64,000 nt of DNA. Source: Eledone cirrhosa. Lineage: Eukaryota. Made by a program: the position numbers and the translations under genes. The stretch spans positions 78,740,001-78,804,000 of the forward strand of contig OZ024743.1 of the NCBI GenBank assembly GCA_964016885.1, in the 5' to 3' direction. Under the pieces are notes generated by a model. That model did no database searches and was not told where the DNA came from. It saw only the letters and a list, made by a program, of their open reading frames with translations. Each line of letters starts with the position of its first letter. The stretch's first letter is position 1. This document shows positions 40,458 to 53,100 of this stretch, piece after piece.

Positions 40458-41584
40458 CAGATTGTTCCAGATATAAAATTATATTTAAAAGCTATACTAA
40501 CTAATGTTAGGTATGTTAAATACTAATTAATTCATTAGTGTACTACTATATAGTGAGATATAGTCATATGATTGTTTTGTGGTCCTAGTAAAATATATTA
40601 AGTATAACAGGAAGGTTCTATTATATTCACAACTGGATGACTGACATTGTAGAGAGTGAGATTTAGAGAGTTTCTAGAAGATATTTTAAAGTAACCTACA
40701 ATAATACTTTATATGTCAGGTTGTAGAGAGAGAGTTTTAGAGAGTTTCTAGAAGATGTCTTTAAAACAACCTACAATAATATTTATCTCTAGTGTTGTAG
40801 AGAGTGAGATTTAGAGAGTTTCTAGAAGATATCTTTAAAATAACCTACAATAATACTTTATATGTCAGGTTATAGAGAGTGAGATTTAGAGAGTTTCTAG
40901 AAGATATATTTAAAGTAACCTACAGTGATACATCATATGTCAGGTTGTAGAGAGTAAGATTTAGAGAGTTTCTAGGAGATATCTTTCAAGTAACCTACAA
41001 TAATACTTCATATGTCAGGTTGTAGAGAGTGAGATTCAGAGAGTTTCTACAAGGAATTTTTAAAGGAACCTACAGTAATACATTATATGTAAGGTTGTAG
41101 AGAGTGTGATTTACAGAGTTGCTAGAAAATATTTTTAAGTAGCCTAGAATAATACATTATATGTAAGTTTGTAGAGATTGAAAATTTATGAAAGGAAGAT
41201 TATTGGATTTAAAAATTTATATTTTGAAGAAGTTTAATTAATAATTAGAAAAATAAAGAATGAAAAAGAGACAAATAACAAAAAATATACAATAAAAATG
41301 TGAGTAAAGGAAAAATGAGGTAGCCTGAATTCGGATCAAACCAATGTGGTCATTTGGTCATAGGTCATAATGTCTAATACATTAACCACTCGGCGATTGG
41401 TATAAAATACTGACCAGATTAAGCTGTTTCATAATCAGTTGTCATCCTGTGGTCGACAAAAAATTGTGCTCGGATCAATATTTCCTGCTAAATCTTCTGA
41501 AGTCAGTGCCAAGCATGTCAGCCTTACAATAAGAGGAATCAATAGAATAAATTAAATAAATGACAACTTGAAGAAAAAATAATT

Positions 41585-41667
41585 TAACATGAGCGGGTTT
41601 CAAACCCACGCGGACATTTATCCATTGGAACTTAAGTCCAACGCCTTAACCACTCGGTCATCATGCT
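41585..41667 (-). pseudogene. trnL-TAA: tRNA-Leu(TAA) pseudogene (reverse copy 6)
   Basis: Higher-order-repeat duplicate of 38516-38598. Confidence 0.8.
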
Positions 41668-43440
41668 CATATCTTTCAAAATATAAAATTATATTTAAAA
41701 GCTATACTAACTAATATTAGGTATGTTAAATTCTAATTAGTTCATAAATCTACTACTATATAGTGAGATATATTCATATGATTGTTTTGTGGTCCTGGTA
41801 AAATACATTAAGTATAACAGGGTGGTTCTATTATATTGACAACTGTATGACTGACATTGTAGAGAATGAGATTTAGAGAGCTCCTAGAAGATATCTTTAA
41901 AGTAACCTACAATAATACTTAATATTTAAGGTGGTAGAGAGTGAGATTTAGGGAGTTTCTAGAAGATATCTTTAAAGTAACCTAGAATAATACTTTATAT
42001 GTCAGATTTTAGTGAGAGAGATTTAGAGAGTTTCTAAAAGAAATCTTTCAAGTAACCCACAGTAATACTTTATATCTCAGGCTGTCGAGAATGAGAATTA
42101 GAGGACGTTCTAGAAGATATCTTGAAAGTAACCTACAATAATAGATTATATGTAAGTTTGTAGAAATATAAAAGTTATGAAATATAGATTATTGGATTGA
42201 AGAATTTATATTTTGAAGAAGTTTAATTAATATTTAGAAAAATAAAGAATAAAAACGACACAATTAACAAAAAATAGTCAAGAAAAATGAGAATAAAGAA
42301 TAAAAGATGTAGCTTGAATTTGGTTCAAACCCATGTGGTCATTTGGACATAGGTGATAATGTCTAATACATTAATCACTCGGCGATTGGTATAAAATCTT
42401 GACCAGAAAACTGAGTTTCATAATCAGTTGTGGTCCAGGGATCCACAAAAATATTGTGCTCAGATCAATATTTTCAGTGAAATCTTCTGAAGGGTGTGCC
42501 TGAGCATGTCAGCAGTATAGAGAGTTTCTAGAAGATATATTTAAAGTAACCTACAGTAATACTTTATGTCAGGTTGTACAGAGTGAGATCTAGAGAGTTT
42601 CTAAGAGATATCTTTAAAGTAACCTACAGTAATACTTTATATTTCAGATTGTAGAGAGTGAGGTTCAGAGAGTTTCTAGAAAATATCTTTAAAATAACCT
42701 ACAGTAACACATTATATGTCAGGTTGTAGAGAGTAAGATTTAGAGAGTTTCTAGAAGATATCTTTCAAATAACCTACAGTAATACTTCATATTTAAGGTT
42801 GTAGAGAGTGAGATTTAGTGAGTTTCTAGAAGATATCTTTCAAGTAAGCTACAATAATAATTTATATCTCAGGTTGTAGAGAGTGTGATTCAGGGAGTTT
42901 CTAGAAGAACACTTTAAAGGAACCTACATTAATACTTTATATGTATGGTTGTAGAGAGTGAGATTTAGAGAGTTTCTAGAAAATATCTTTAACGTAAACC
43001 TAGAATAATACATTATATGTAAGTTTGTAGAGATTGAAAATTTATGAAAGGAAGATTATTGGATTTAAAAATTTATATTTTGAAGAAGTTTAATTAATAA
43101 TTAGAAAAATAAAGAATGAAAAAGCGACAAATAACAAAAAATATACAATAAAAATGTGAGTAAATGAAAAATGAGGTAGCTTGAATTCGGATCAAACCAA
43201 TGTGGTCATTTGGTCATAGGTCATAATGTCTAATACATTAACCACTCGGCGATTGGTATAAAATACTGACCAGATTAAGCTGTTTCATAATCAGTTGTCA
43301 TCCTGTGGTCGACAAAAAATTATGCTCGGATCAATATTCCCTGCTAAATCTTCTGAAGTCAGTGCCAAGCATGTCAGCCTTACAATAAGAGGAATCAATA
43401 GAATAAATTAAATAAATGACAACTTGAAGAAAAAATAATT

Positions 43441-43523
43441 TAGCATGAGCGGGTTTCAAACCCACGCTGACATTTATCCATTGGAACTTAAGTCCAACGC
43501 CTTAACCACTCGGTCATCATGCT
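43441..43523 (-). pseudogene. trnL-TAA: tRNA-Leu(TAA) pseudogene (reverse copy 7)
   Basis: Related to copies 4 and 6; B box mutated. Confidence 0.8.
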
Positions 43524-45297
43524 CATATCTTTCAAAATATAAAATTATATTTAAAAGCTATACTAACTAATATTAGGTATGTTAAATTCTAATTAGTTCA
43601 TAAATCTCCTACTATATAGTGAGATATAGTCATATGATTGTTTTGGGGTCCTGGTAAAATACATTAAGTATAACAGGGGGGTTCTATTATGTTGACAACT
43701 GGATGACTGAAATTATAGAGAGTGAGATTTAGAGAGTTTCTAGAAAATATCTTTAAAATAACCTACAATAATACTTTATATGTCAGGCTGTAGAGAGTGA
43801 GATTTAGAGAGTTTCTAGAAAATATCTTTAAAATAACCTACAATAATACTTTATATGTCAGGCTGTAGAGAGTGAGATTTAGAGAGTTTCTAGAAAATAT
43901 CTTTAAAATAACCTGCAGTAATACTTTATATGTCAGGCTGTAGAGAGTGAGATTTAGAGAGTTTCTAGAAGATATCTTTAAAGTAATGTCCAATAATACT
44001 TTATATGTCAGCTTGTAGAGACAGAGATCTAGAGAGTTTCTAGAAGATATCTTTAATGTAACCTACAGAAATATTTTATATGTCAGGTTGTATAGAGTGA
44101 GATCAAGAGAGTTTCTAGGAGATATATTTAAATTAGCCTAAAGTAATACTTTCTATGTAAGGTTGTAGAGAGTGAGATTTAGAGAGTTACTAGAAGATAT
44201 CTTTAAAGTAACCTACAGTAATACATCATATGTCAGGTTTTAGAGAGTGAGATTTAGAATGTTCCTAGAAAATATCTTTAAAGGAACCTACAGTAATACT
44301 TTATATGTAAGGTTGTATAGAGTGAGATTTTAGAGAGTTTCTAGAAAATATCTTTAAAGTAACCTAGAATAATACATTATATGTAAGGTTGTAGAGATTG
44401 AAAAGTTTTGAAAGCAAGATTATTGGATTTAAAAATTTATATTTTGAAGAAGTTTAATTAATAATTAGAAAAATAAGGAATGAAGACGAGACAAATAACA
44501 AAAAATATACAATAAAAACCAGAATAAAGGAATAAGCATGTAGCTTGAATTTGGATCAAACCCATGAGGTCATTTGCTCATAGGTGATAATGTCTAATAC
44601 ATTAACCACTCGTCGATTGGTATAAAATCCTGACCAGATTGAACTGAGTTTCGTAATCAGTTGTGGTCCTGTGTCCGACAAAAAAATTGTGCTCAGATCA
44701 ATACTTTCAGCAAAATCTTCTGAAGGCGGTGTCAGGTTGTAGAGAGTGAGATTTAGAGAGTTTCTAGAAGATATCTTTAAAGTAACCTGCAGTAATACTT
44801 GATATGTAAGATTGTATAGACTGAAATTTAGAGAGTTTCTAGAAGATATCTTTAAAGTAACCTAGATTAATACATTATATGTAAGTTTGTAGAGATTGAA
44901 AAGTTATGAAAGAAAGATTATTGGATTTAAGAATTTATATTTTGAAGAAGTTTAATTAATATTTAAAAAAATAAAGAATAATAAAGAGACAAATAACAAA
45001 AATATACAATAAAAATGAGAGTAAAGGAGAAAAGATGTAGCTTGAATGTGGATCAAACCCATGAGGTCATAGGTCATAATGTCTAATACATTAACCACTC
45101 GTCGATTGGTATAAAATACTGACCAGATTGAACTGAGTTTCATAATCAGTTGTGGTCCTGTCGTCGACAAAAGAATTATGCTCGGATCAATATTTCCAGC
45201 GAAATATTCTAAAGTCAGTGCCTGAGTATGTCAGCCATACAATCACAGGAATCAATAGAATAAATAAAATAAATGACAACTTGAAGAAAAAATAATT

Positions 45298-45380
45298 TAG
45301 CACAAGTGGGTTTCGAACCCATGCAGACATTTGTCCATTGGAACTTAAGTCCAACGTCTTAACCACTCGGCCATCATGCT
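45298..45380 (-). pseudogene. trnL-TAA: tRNA-Leu(TAA) pseudogene (reverse copy 8)
   Basis: Several CpG-type stem changes. Confidence 0.75.
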
Positions 45381-46213
45381 CATATCTTTCAAAATATAAA
45401 ATTATATTTAAAAGCTATACTAACTAATGTTAGGTATGTTAAATTCTAATTAGTTCATAAATCTACTACTCTATAGTGAGATATTGTCATGTTATTGTTT
45501 TGGGGTCCTGGTAAAATACATTAAGTATAACAGGAAGGTTCTATTATGTTGACAACCGGATGGCTGAAATTATAGAGAGTGAGATTTAGAGAGTTACTAG
45601 AAGATATCTTTCAAGTAACCTACAGTAATACTTCATATGACAGGTTGTAGAGAGTGAGATTTAGAGAGTTTCTAGAAGATATCTTTAAAGTAACCTACAG
45701 TAATACTTTATATGTAAGGTTGTAGAATGTGAGATATAGAGAGTTTCTAGAAAATATCTTTAAAGTAACCTAGAATAATACATTATATGTAAGTTTGTAG
45801 AGATTGAAAAGTTATGAAAGAAAGATTATTGGATCTAAGTATTTATAGTTTGAAGAAGTTTAATTAATATTTAGAAAAATATAGAATAAAAAAGAGACAA
45901 ATAACAAAAATATACAATTAAAATGAGAGTAAAGGAGAAAAGATGTAGCTTGAATTTGAATCAAACCCATGTGGTCATTTGCTCATAGGTCATAATGTCT
46001 AATACATTAACCACTCGTCGATTGGTAAAAAATCCTGACCAGATTGAACTAAGATTCATAATCAGTTGTGGTCCTGTGGTCGACAAAAAAATTGTGCTCA
46101 GATCAATATTTCCAGCGAAATCTTCTGAAGGCGGTGCCCTAGCATGTCAGCCGTACAATTACAGGAATCAATAGAATAAATTAAATAAATGACAACTTGA
46201 AAAAAAAATAATT

Positions 46214-46246
46214 TAACACGAGAGGGTTTCGAACTCACGCTGACAT
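46214..46246 (-). pseudogene. 3' fragment of tRNA-Leu (last array unit)
   Basis: Only the T arm and acceptor 3' strand remain. Confidence 0.7.
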
Positions 46247-46531
46247 GAAATATATTCATATTATAGTTTTGTGGTCCCGGTAAAATACATCAAGTATAAT
46301 GGGAAGGTTCTATTATATTGACAACTGGATGACTGACATTGTAGAGAGTGAGATTTAGAGAGTTTCTAGAAGATATCTTTCAAGTAACCTACAGTAGTAC
46401 AATGTCAGGTTGTGGAGAGTGAGATCTGGAGAGCTTCTACAAGTAAAAGAATGATTTGACTTGTAGTCTTAACAAAATTTTGATTTAATTTTATAATAAT
46501 GTGCTCAAAGGATAAGGAATCCTGAGCTCTT

Positions 46532-47120
46532 TAAAATACAATATGTTGAAAAGGTAACACACTAGAGAGAGGGTGTGCCATCAATAAAACAGGGAAAACC
46601 ACCAGTGTATGTAATCTATACTCTATGGAAGGCAGGGAATAACGAGAGTCTATGGCTCCATTAATTTATTGTGATATTTCGCTCCTTATAACAGTCTTTC
46701 TTCTCTCTCTGTTTGGTTGAGCACACTTCTTTGAGTGGTTTTGGGGCTGCCCTTTCTAGCAGCTCGTCCCTCAGACGCCACTGGTTTACTGCCCTAAACA
46801 TGCTGTGACATCTCTCTGCCGCGTGTAGCTGGACGGTAGCCTTAGAATCTCTTAGAATTGTCTGGAACGTATAGTCTTGCACGCGCTGATTGGCCATGGC
46901 TATTCCATTTCAGTCAACAACTTCCTGGCGAAACATCTCTTTGGATTTGTACGCGTGTGTTATATAGTTATAGAGGTGCGTATATACATTTTAATTTATA
47001 TTTTTAATTATTGTGTATCTACCCTGCCTGCCATAGATTATAGATTCCATACACTGGTGGTTTTCCCTGTTTTATTGATGGCAAACTCTCTCTCTAGTGT
47101 GTTACCTTTTCAAGATATTG

Positions 47121-47127
<7 letters not shown>
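46532..47127. mobile_element. ~596-bp segment with ~106-bp inverted arms (MITE-like or local inverted duplication)
   Basis: 46532-46637 is the reverse complement of 47022-47127 with few mismatches. Confidence 0.6.
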
Positions 47128-47158
<31 letters not shown>

Positions 47159-47309
47159 TAAAATAACAGATTTTAATTGAGGGTGTCTACCTCCAGTCTC
47201 TCTCTCTATATATATCAAATAAATATTTGCTCTATGGTTCTTATATATTTGATATATATTTATCCTTATCGAGCCCTCTTTGGATTTTAGTCTTCAAATT
47301 TATTATTAT

Positions 47310-47349
<40 letters not shown>

Positions 47350-47533
47350 TGCCATCGACGAATGTGAGAAAGTTCTCCAGGAAAGTTAACCAGGAATCTT
47401 TAAAAAATATCTCCACCGAAGTTAATAAAGAACTTACTAGATCTACCAAACTGAATTTTAAAATTATAATATATTATAAAATTAAATTAAACTGTTTAGA
47501 ACTACAAATGAAGTTCTTTTCTTCCTTTTTTAG

Positions 47534-47574
<41 letters not shown>

Positions 47575-47601
47575 ACACACATATATATATAGAGAGAGAG
47601 A
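47126..47601. repeat. Microsatellite cluster: (TA)n, (CA)n, (GA)n
   Basis: Direct reading at ~47126-47154, 47313-47345 and 47537-47601. Confidence 0.85.
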
Positions 47602-48181
47602 GACTGGAGGTAGACACCCTCAATTAACTCTCCAAATCCATGTTTTAGCATGACTGGATAAAAGGTGCCAAACAGAGTGGGGGCTAACATGCAATCCTGC
47701 TTCACACCACTGCATATATTAAATGATTCCAGAGAAGAGTCATCAATTTGAACGATACCCTTTATATCTGCATGAAATGACTGGACAACCAATTCTGGCA
47801 AGGATCTTGAGCAGGCCATCTCTACTATCTAGATTGAATGCCTTCATGAGGTCGTTGAAGGTTATGTAGAGTGGTTGCCTTTGCTCTCGACACTTCTGTA
47901 GCTGTCGAAGGGAGAAGGTCATGTCGATGATGGAGTATTCTGACTTGAAACCACACTGAGATTTGGGGTATACACTTTCAGTGATTTTCCATAGTCTGTT
48001 CAGGCCAACGTGGACAAAGACCTTCCCAACAATACTTAGCAGCGAGATGCCTCGGTAGCTATTGCAGTTGCTTCTGTCCCTTTGTTGGTGACAATATTGC
48101 AGTCTCTCATGTCTTGCAGGACTGTTCCCTCTTCCCAGCACTGACACAGTAGTTTTAACAAGTGGCTAAGTAGCACTACTT
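47602..48181 (-). mobile_element. RTE/BovB-like LINE reverse-transcriptase fragment, decayed
   Basis: CWEEG..YRGISLLSIVGKVF..SQCGF..LRQLQ..KAF..GVKQDCMLAPTLF. Confidence 0.88.
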
Positions 48182-50180
48182 TTGAAGAGCCATTATGAAA
48201 GATTAATGAATGAGGGGAATGAATGGGAGAAAGAGACACTGCCTCAAGTGGACCCCATAGAGGGCCCTACAATACAAGTCAGTAGCAGTGTAGTTAGTAA
48301 GGCAATTAAGGATATGAAAACTGGGAAAGCAGCCAGTCTATTAGGAATAGTTGTTGAGATTCGGAGAGCATCTAGGTCACACCATAACCACACGTATTGT
48401 TAACCAAGTAATACTAGATGAAGTCATACCAAATGATTGACACAGCAACATCATTGTCAACTGCTACAAGGGTAAAGGAGATGCACTAGATAGAGGTAAC
48501 TGTAGAGGTATAAAGCTGATGGACCAAGTCATGAAAGTAACAGAAATAGTTATAGCACAGTTGATTAGGGACTGGGTAAAACTAGGTGAGATGCAATTTG
48601 GGTTTGTGCCAGGAAAAGGCACCACTGATGCCCTCTTCCTTGTGAGGCAGTTACAGGTGAAGTACCTAGCTAAAAGTAAGCTGTTCTACATGGCAGTTGT
48701 CTATCTGGAAAAAGGCTTCGACAGAATATCCCATGCTATAATATAGTGGGCTTTTAGAATACTAAGAGTAGAGGAGTGGCTTCTGAAGTCTGTACAAGCC
48801 ATGTATAAGGGAGCAGTCAGCAAAGTTAGGGTTAACAATGACTATAGCAAGGAATTTAGCATACAGGTTGGCATCTACCAGGGTTCTGTTCTTAGCCCTC
48901 TTCTGTTTATTATCGTATTGCAGGCTACAAAAGAGGCGTTTAAGACAGGATGCCCATGGGAACTTTTGTACATAGATCTATGGTGGAATGAGAGAAGAAA
49001 TTCCAAACAGGGAAGCAGTGCCTAGAAAGAAGGGGTCTCAAAGTTAACCTGACAAAGACTAAGGGCCTCGTAAGCAGAAGAAAATACAGAACCCAGATCT
49101 CTTCAGAGAAATGGCCTTGCTCAGTATGTAGGAAAGTTGTAGGTAGAAATTCCATCCTCTGCCCCAAATGCAAACTATGGGTACACAATAGATGTAATGG
49201 GATCTCAGGAAGTTTAGCTAAGAATGTAGGCTTTAAATGTAGCAGTTGCACCAGAACAGTAAGCAACAAAAGACCACAGGAAACAAGCACTACCAAATTC
49301 TGGGAGGGCTCAGTAGAAACAGTAGACAGCTTCTGCTATCTAGGTGACTGAATTAGCAGTGGAGGTGGGTATTCTGAAAGTACAGTAACCAGGGTAAGAA
49401 CAGGATGGGAGAAGTTCAGGGAGCTACTTCTACTACTACTAGCTGCAAAAGGTTTTCCCCTCAAAATTAAAAGCAGACTGTATGATGCTTGCATACGAAG
49501 ATTTGCATAGATTAGAAAGAAAAGAAGCTTGCATGCTCAGATGGATATGTAATAGTAATATATGTGAACGGCAAAGCATAAACAAATTGAGAGAGAGAGA
49601 CTAGGCATAAGAGGTATCAAATGCTGTGTGCAGGAGAGGAGATTATGCTGGTATGGACATGTGATGCATAGGAAGGATGATAGCTGCATAAAAAGGTGCA
49701 GAGCACTAAAAGTCAATGGAAGTCTTGGAGTGTTGAGACCTAAGAAGTCCTGGCATGAGGTGATAAAAGCTGATCTTGCCCAATTGCACCTCTCAAAAGT
49801 GATGACACAGGACTGAGAGCTCTGGCATTACACCGTAATACAGAAGACCTGACTTCCCACGGGTACAAGCCGAAGCTGAAGCCTATAGACAGTATGTCCC
49901 CACCCCTTCTCACTGTAAAGTGGTCATGTAGGTGTGTTACAGCAAAACATCACCGACTCCTCACTGTAAAGGGGTCGTATAGGCTCCACCGTAAAAAGAC
50001 ATCCAGTACTCACTGTAAATGAGGTTGGTGTTAGAAAGGGCATCCAGTAGAAACCAAGCCAAAATCAGTTCTGTATGAGCAAGACACGGTCACCTGACCT
50101 GACATTGCCCACAACAAGACAATTCCTCTAACCCATGCTAGCGTGGAAGAATGGACGTAATACGGTTTTGATGATGATGA
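48182..50180 (+). mobile_element. 5'-truncated RTE-clade LINE, decayed, with 3' UTR and (GAT)n tail
   Basis: MKTGKA; QFGFVPGKGTTDA; QGSVLSPLLF; Cys-rich insert; RRLCWYGHV; tail GATGATGATGA at 50170-50180. Confidence 0.9.
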
Positions 50181-53100
50181 CAGTGACTGAGGTCCTTGTT
50201 TATAAGCCAACTTTGTAGAATATTTTATAACAATACAATGACTGTGGTCCTTGTTTATAAGCCAACTTTGTAGAATATTTTATAACAATACAATGGCTGT
50301 GGTCCTTGTTTATAAACCAACTTTGTAGAATATTTTATGACAATACAATGACTGTGGTCCTTGTTTATAAGCCAACTTTGTAGAATATTTTATGACAATA
50401 CAATGGCTGTGGTCCTTGTTTATAAACCAACTTTGTAGAATATTTTATGACAATACAATGGCTGTGGTCCTTGTTTATAAGCCAACTTTGTAGAATATTT
50501 TATGACAATACAATGGCTGTGGTCCTTGTTTATAAACCAACTTTGTAGAATATTTTATGACAATACAATGGCTGTGGTCCTTGTTTATAAACCAACTTTG
50601 TAGAATATTTTATGACAATACAATGACTGTGGTCCTTGTTTATAAGCCAACTTTGTAGAATATTTTATAACAATACAATGGCTGTGGTCCTTGTTTATAA
50701 GCCAACTTTGTAGAATATTTTATAACAATACAATGGCTGTGGTCCTTGTTTATAAGTCAACTTTGTAGAATATTTTATAACAATACAATGACTGAGGTCC
50801 TTGTTTATAAGTCAACTTTGTAGAATATTTTATAACAATACAATGGCTGTGGTCCTTGTTTATAAGCCAACTTTGTAGAATATTTTATAACAATACAATG
50901 GCTGTGGTCCTTGTTTATAAGCCAACTTTGTAGAATATTTTATGACAATACAATGACTGTGGTCCTTGTTTATAAGCCAACTTTGTAGAATATTTTATGA
51001 CAATACAATGGCTGTGGTCCTTGTTTATAAACCAACTTTGTAGAATATTTTATGACAATACAATGGCTGTGGTCCTTGTTTATAAGCCAACTTTGTAGAA
51101 TATTTTATGACAATACAATGGCTGTGGTCCTTGTTTATAAACCAACTTTGTAGAATATTTTATGACAATACAATGGCTGTGGTCCTTGTTTATAAACCAA
51201 CTTTGTAGAATATTTTATGACAATACAATGACTGTGGTCCTTGTTTATAAGCCAACTTTGTAGAATATTTTATAACAATACAATGGCTGTGGTCCTTGTT
51301 TATAAGCCAACTTTGTAGAATATTTTATAACAATACAATGGCTGTGGTCCTTGTTTATAAGTCAACTTTGTAGAATATTTTATAACAATACAATGACTGA
51401 GGTCCTTGTTTATAAGTCAACTTTGTAGAATATTTTATAACAATACAATGGCTGTGGTCCTTGTTTATAAGCCAACTTTGTAGAATATTTTATAACAATA
51501 CAATGGCTGTGGTCCTTGTTTATAAACCAACTTTGTAGAATATTTTATGACAATACAATGGCTCTGGTCCTTGTTTATAAGTCAACTTTGTAGAATATTT
51601 TATAACAATACAATGGCTGTGGTCCTTGTTTATAAGCCAACTTTGTAGAATATTTTATAACAATACAATGGCTGTGGTCCTTGTTTATAAGCCAACTTTG
51701 TAGAATATTTTATAACAATACAATGACTGAGGTCCTTGTTTATAAACCAACTTTGTAGAATATTTTATAACAATACAATGGCTGTGGTCCTTGTTTATAA
51801 GCCAACTTTGTAGAATATTTTATAACAATACAATGGCTCTGGTCCTTGTTTATAAGCCAACTTTGTAGAATATTTTATAACAATACAATGACTGAGGTCC
51901 TTGTTTATAAGCCAACTTTGTAGAATATTTTATAACAATACAATGGCTGTGGTCCTTGTTTATAAGTCAACTTTGTAGAATATTTTATGACAATACAATG
52001 GCTCTGGTCCTTGTTTATAAGCCAACTTTGTAGAATATTTTATAACAATACAATGACTGTGGTCCTTGTTTATAAGTCAACTTTGTAGAATATTTTATGA
52101 CAATACAATGGCTGTGGTCCTTGTTTATAAGTCAACTTTGTAGAATATTTTATAACAATACAATGACTGTGGTCCTTGTTTATAAGTCAACTTTGTAGAA
52201 TATTTTATGACAATACAATGGCTGTGGTCCTTGTTTATAAGTCAACTTTGTAGAATATTTTATAACAATACAATGGCTGTGGTCCTTGTTTATAAGTCAA
52301 CTTTGTAGAATATTTTATAACAATACAATGACTGTGGTCCTTGTTTATAAGTCAACTTTGTAGAATATTTTATAACAATACAATGGCTGTGGTCCTTGTT
52401 TATAAGTCAACTTTGTAGAATATTTTATAACAATACAATGGCTGTGGTCCTTGTTTATAAGTCAACTTTGTAGAATATTTTATAACAATACAATGACTGT
52501 GGTCCTTGTTTATAAGTCAACTTTGTAGAATATTTTATAACAATACAATGGCTGTGGTCCTTGTTTATAAGTCAACTTTGTAGAATATTTTATAACAATA
52601 CAATGACTGAGGTCCTTGTTTATAAGTCAACTTTGTAGAATATTTTATAACAATACAATGACTGTGGTCCTTGTTTATAAGTCAACTTTGTAGAATATTT
52701 TATAACAATACAATGGCTGTGGTCCTTGTTTATAAGTCAACTTTGTAGAATATTTTATAACAATACAATGGCTGTGGTCCTTGTTTATAAGCCAACTTTG
52801 TAGAATATTTTATGACAATACAATGGCTGTGGTCCTTGTTTATAAGTCAACTTTGTAGAATATTTTATAACAATACAATGACTGTGGTCCTTGTTTATAA
52901 GTCAACTTTGTAGAATATTTTATAACAATACAATGGCTGTGGTCCTTGTTTATAAACCAACTTTGTAGAATATTTTATAACAATACAATGACTGTGGTCC
53001 TTGTTTATAAGTCAACTTTGTAGAATATTTTATAACAATACAATGGCTGTGGTCCTTGTTTATAAGCCAACTTTGTAGAATATTTTATGACAATACAATG

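Larger units (their letters stand above)
35490..43600 (-). repeat. 3069-bp higher-order repeat: two full copies and a third lacking ~1.2 kb
   Basis: 37306 to 40375 and 38516 to 41585 are both offset by 3069 with near identity. Confidence 0.88.
26690..46443 (-). repeat. Inverted, decayed arm of the tRNA-Leu array (interrupted by Gypsy at 27871-33731) with expanded 75-bp subrepeats and deleted units
   Basis: Reverse complement of the forward unit, much more heterogeneous. Confidence 0.95.
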
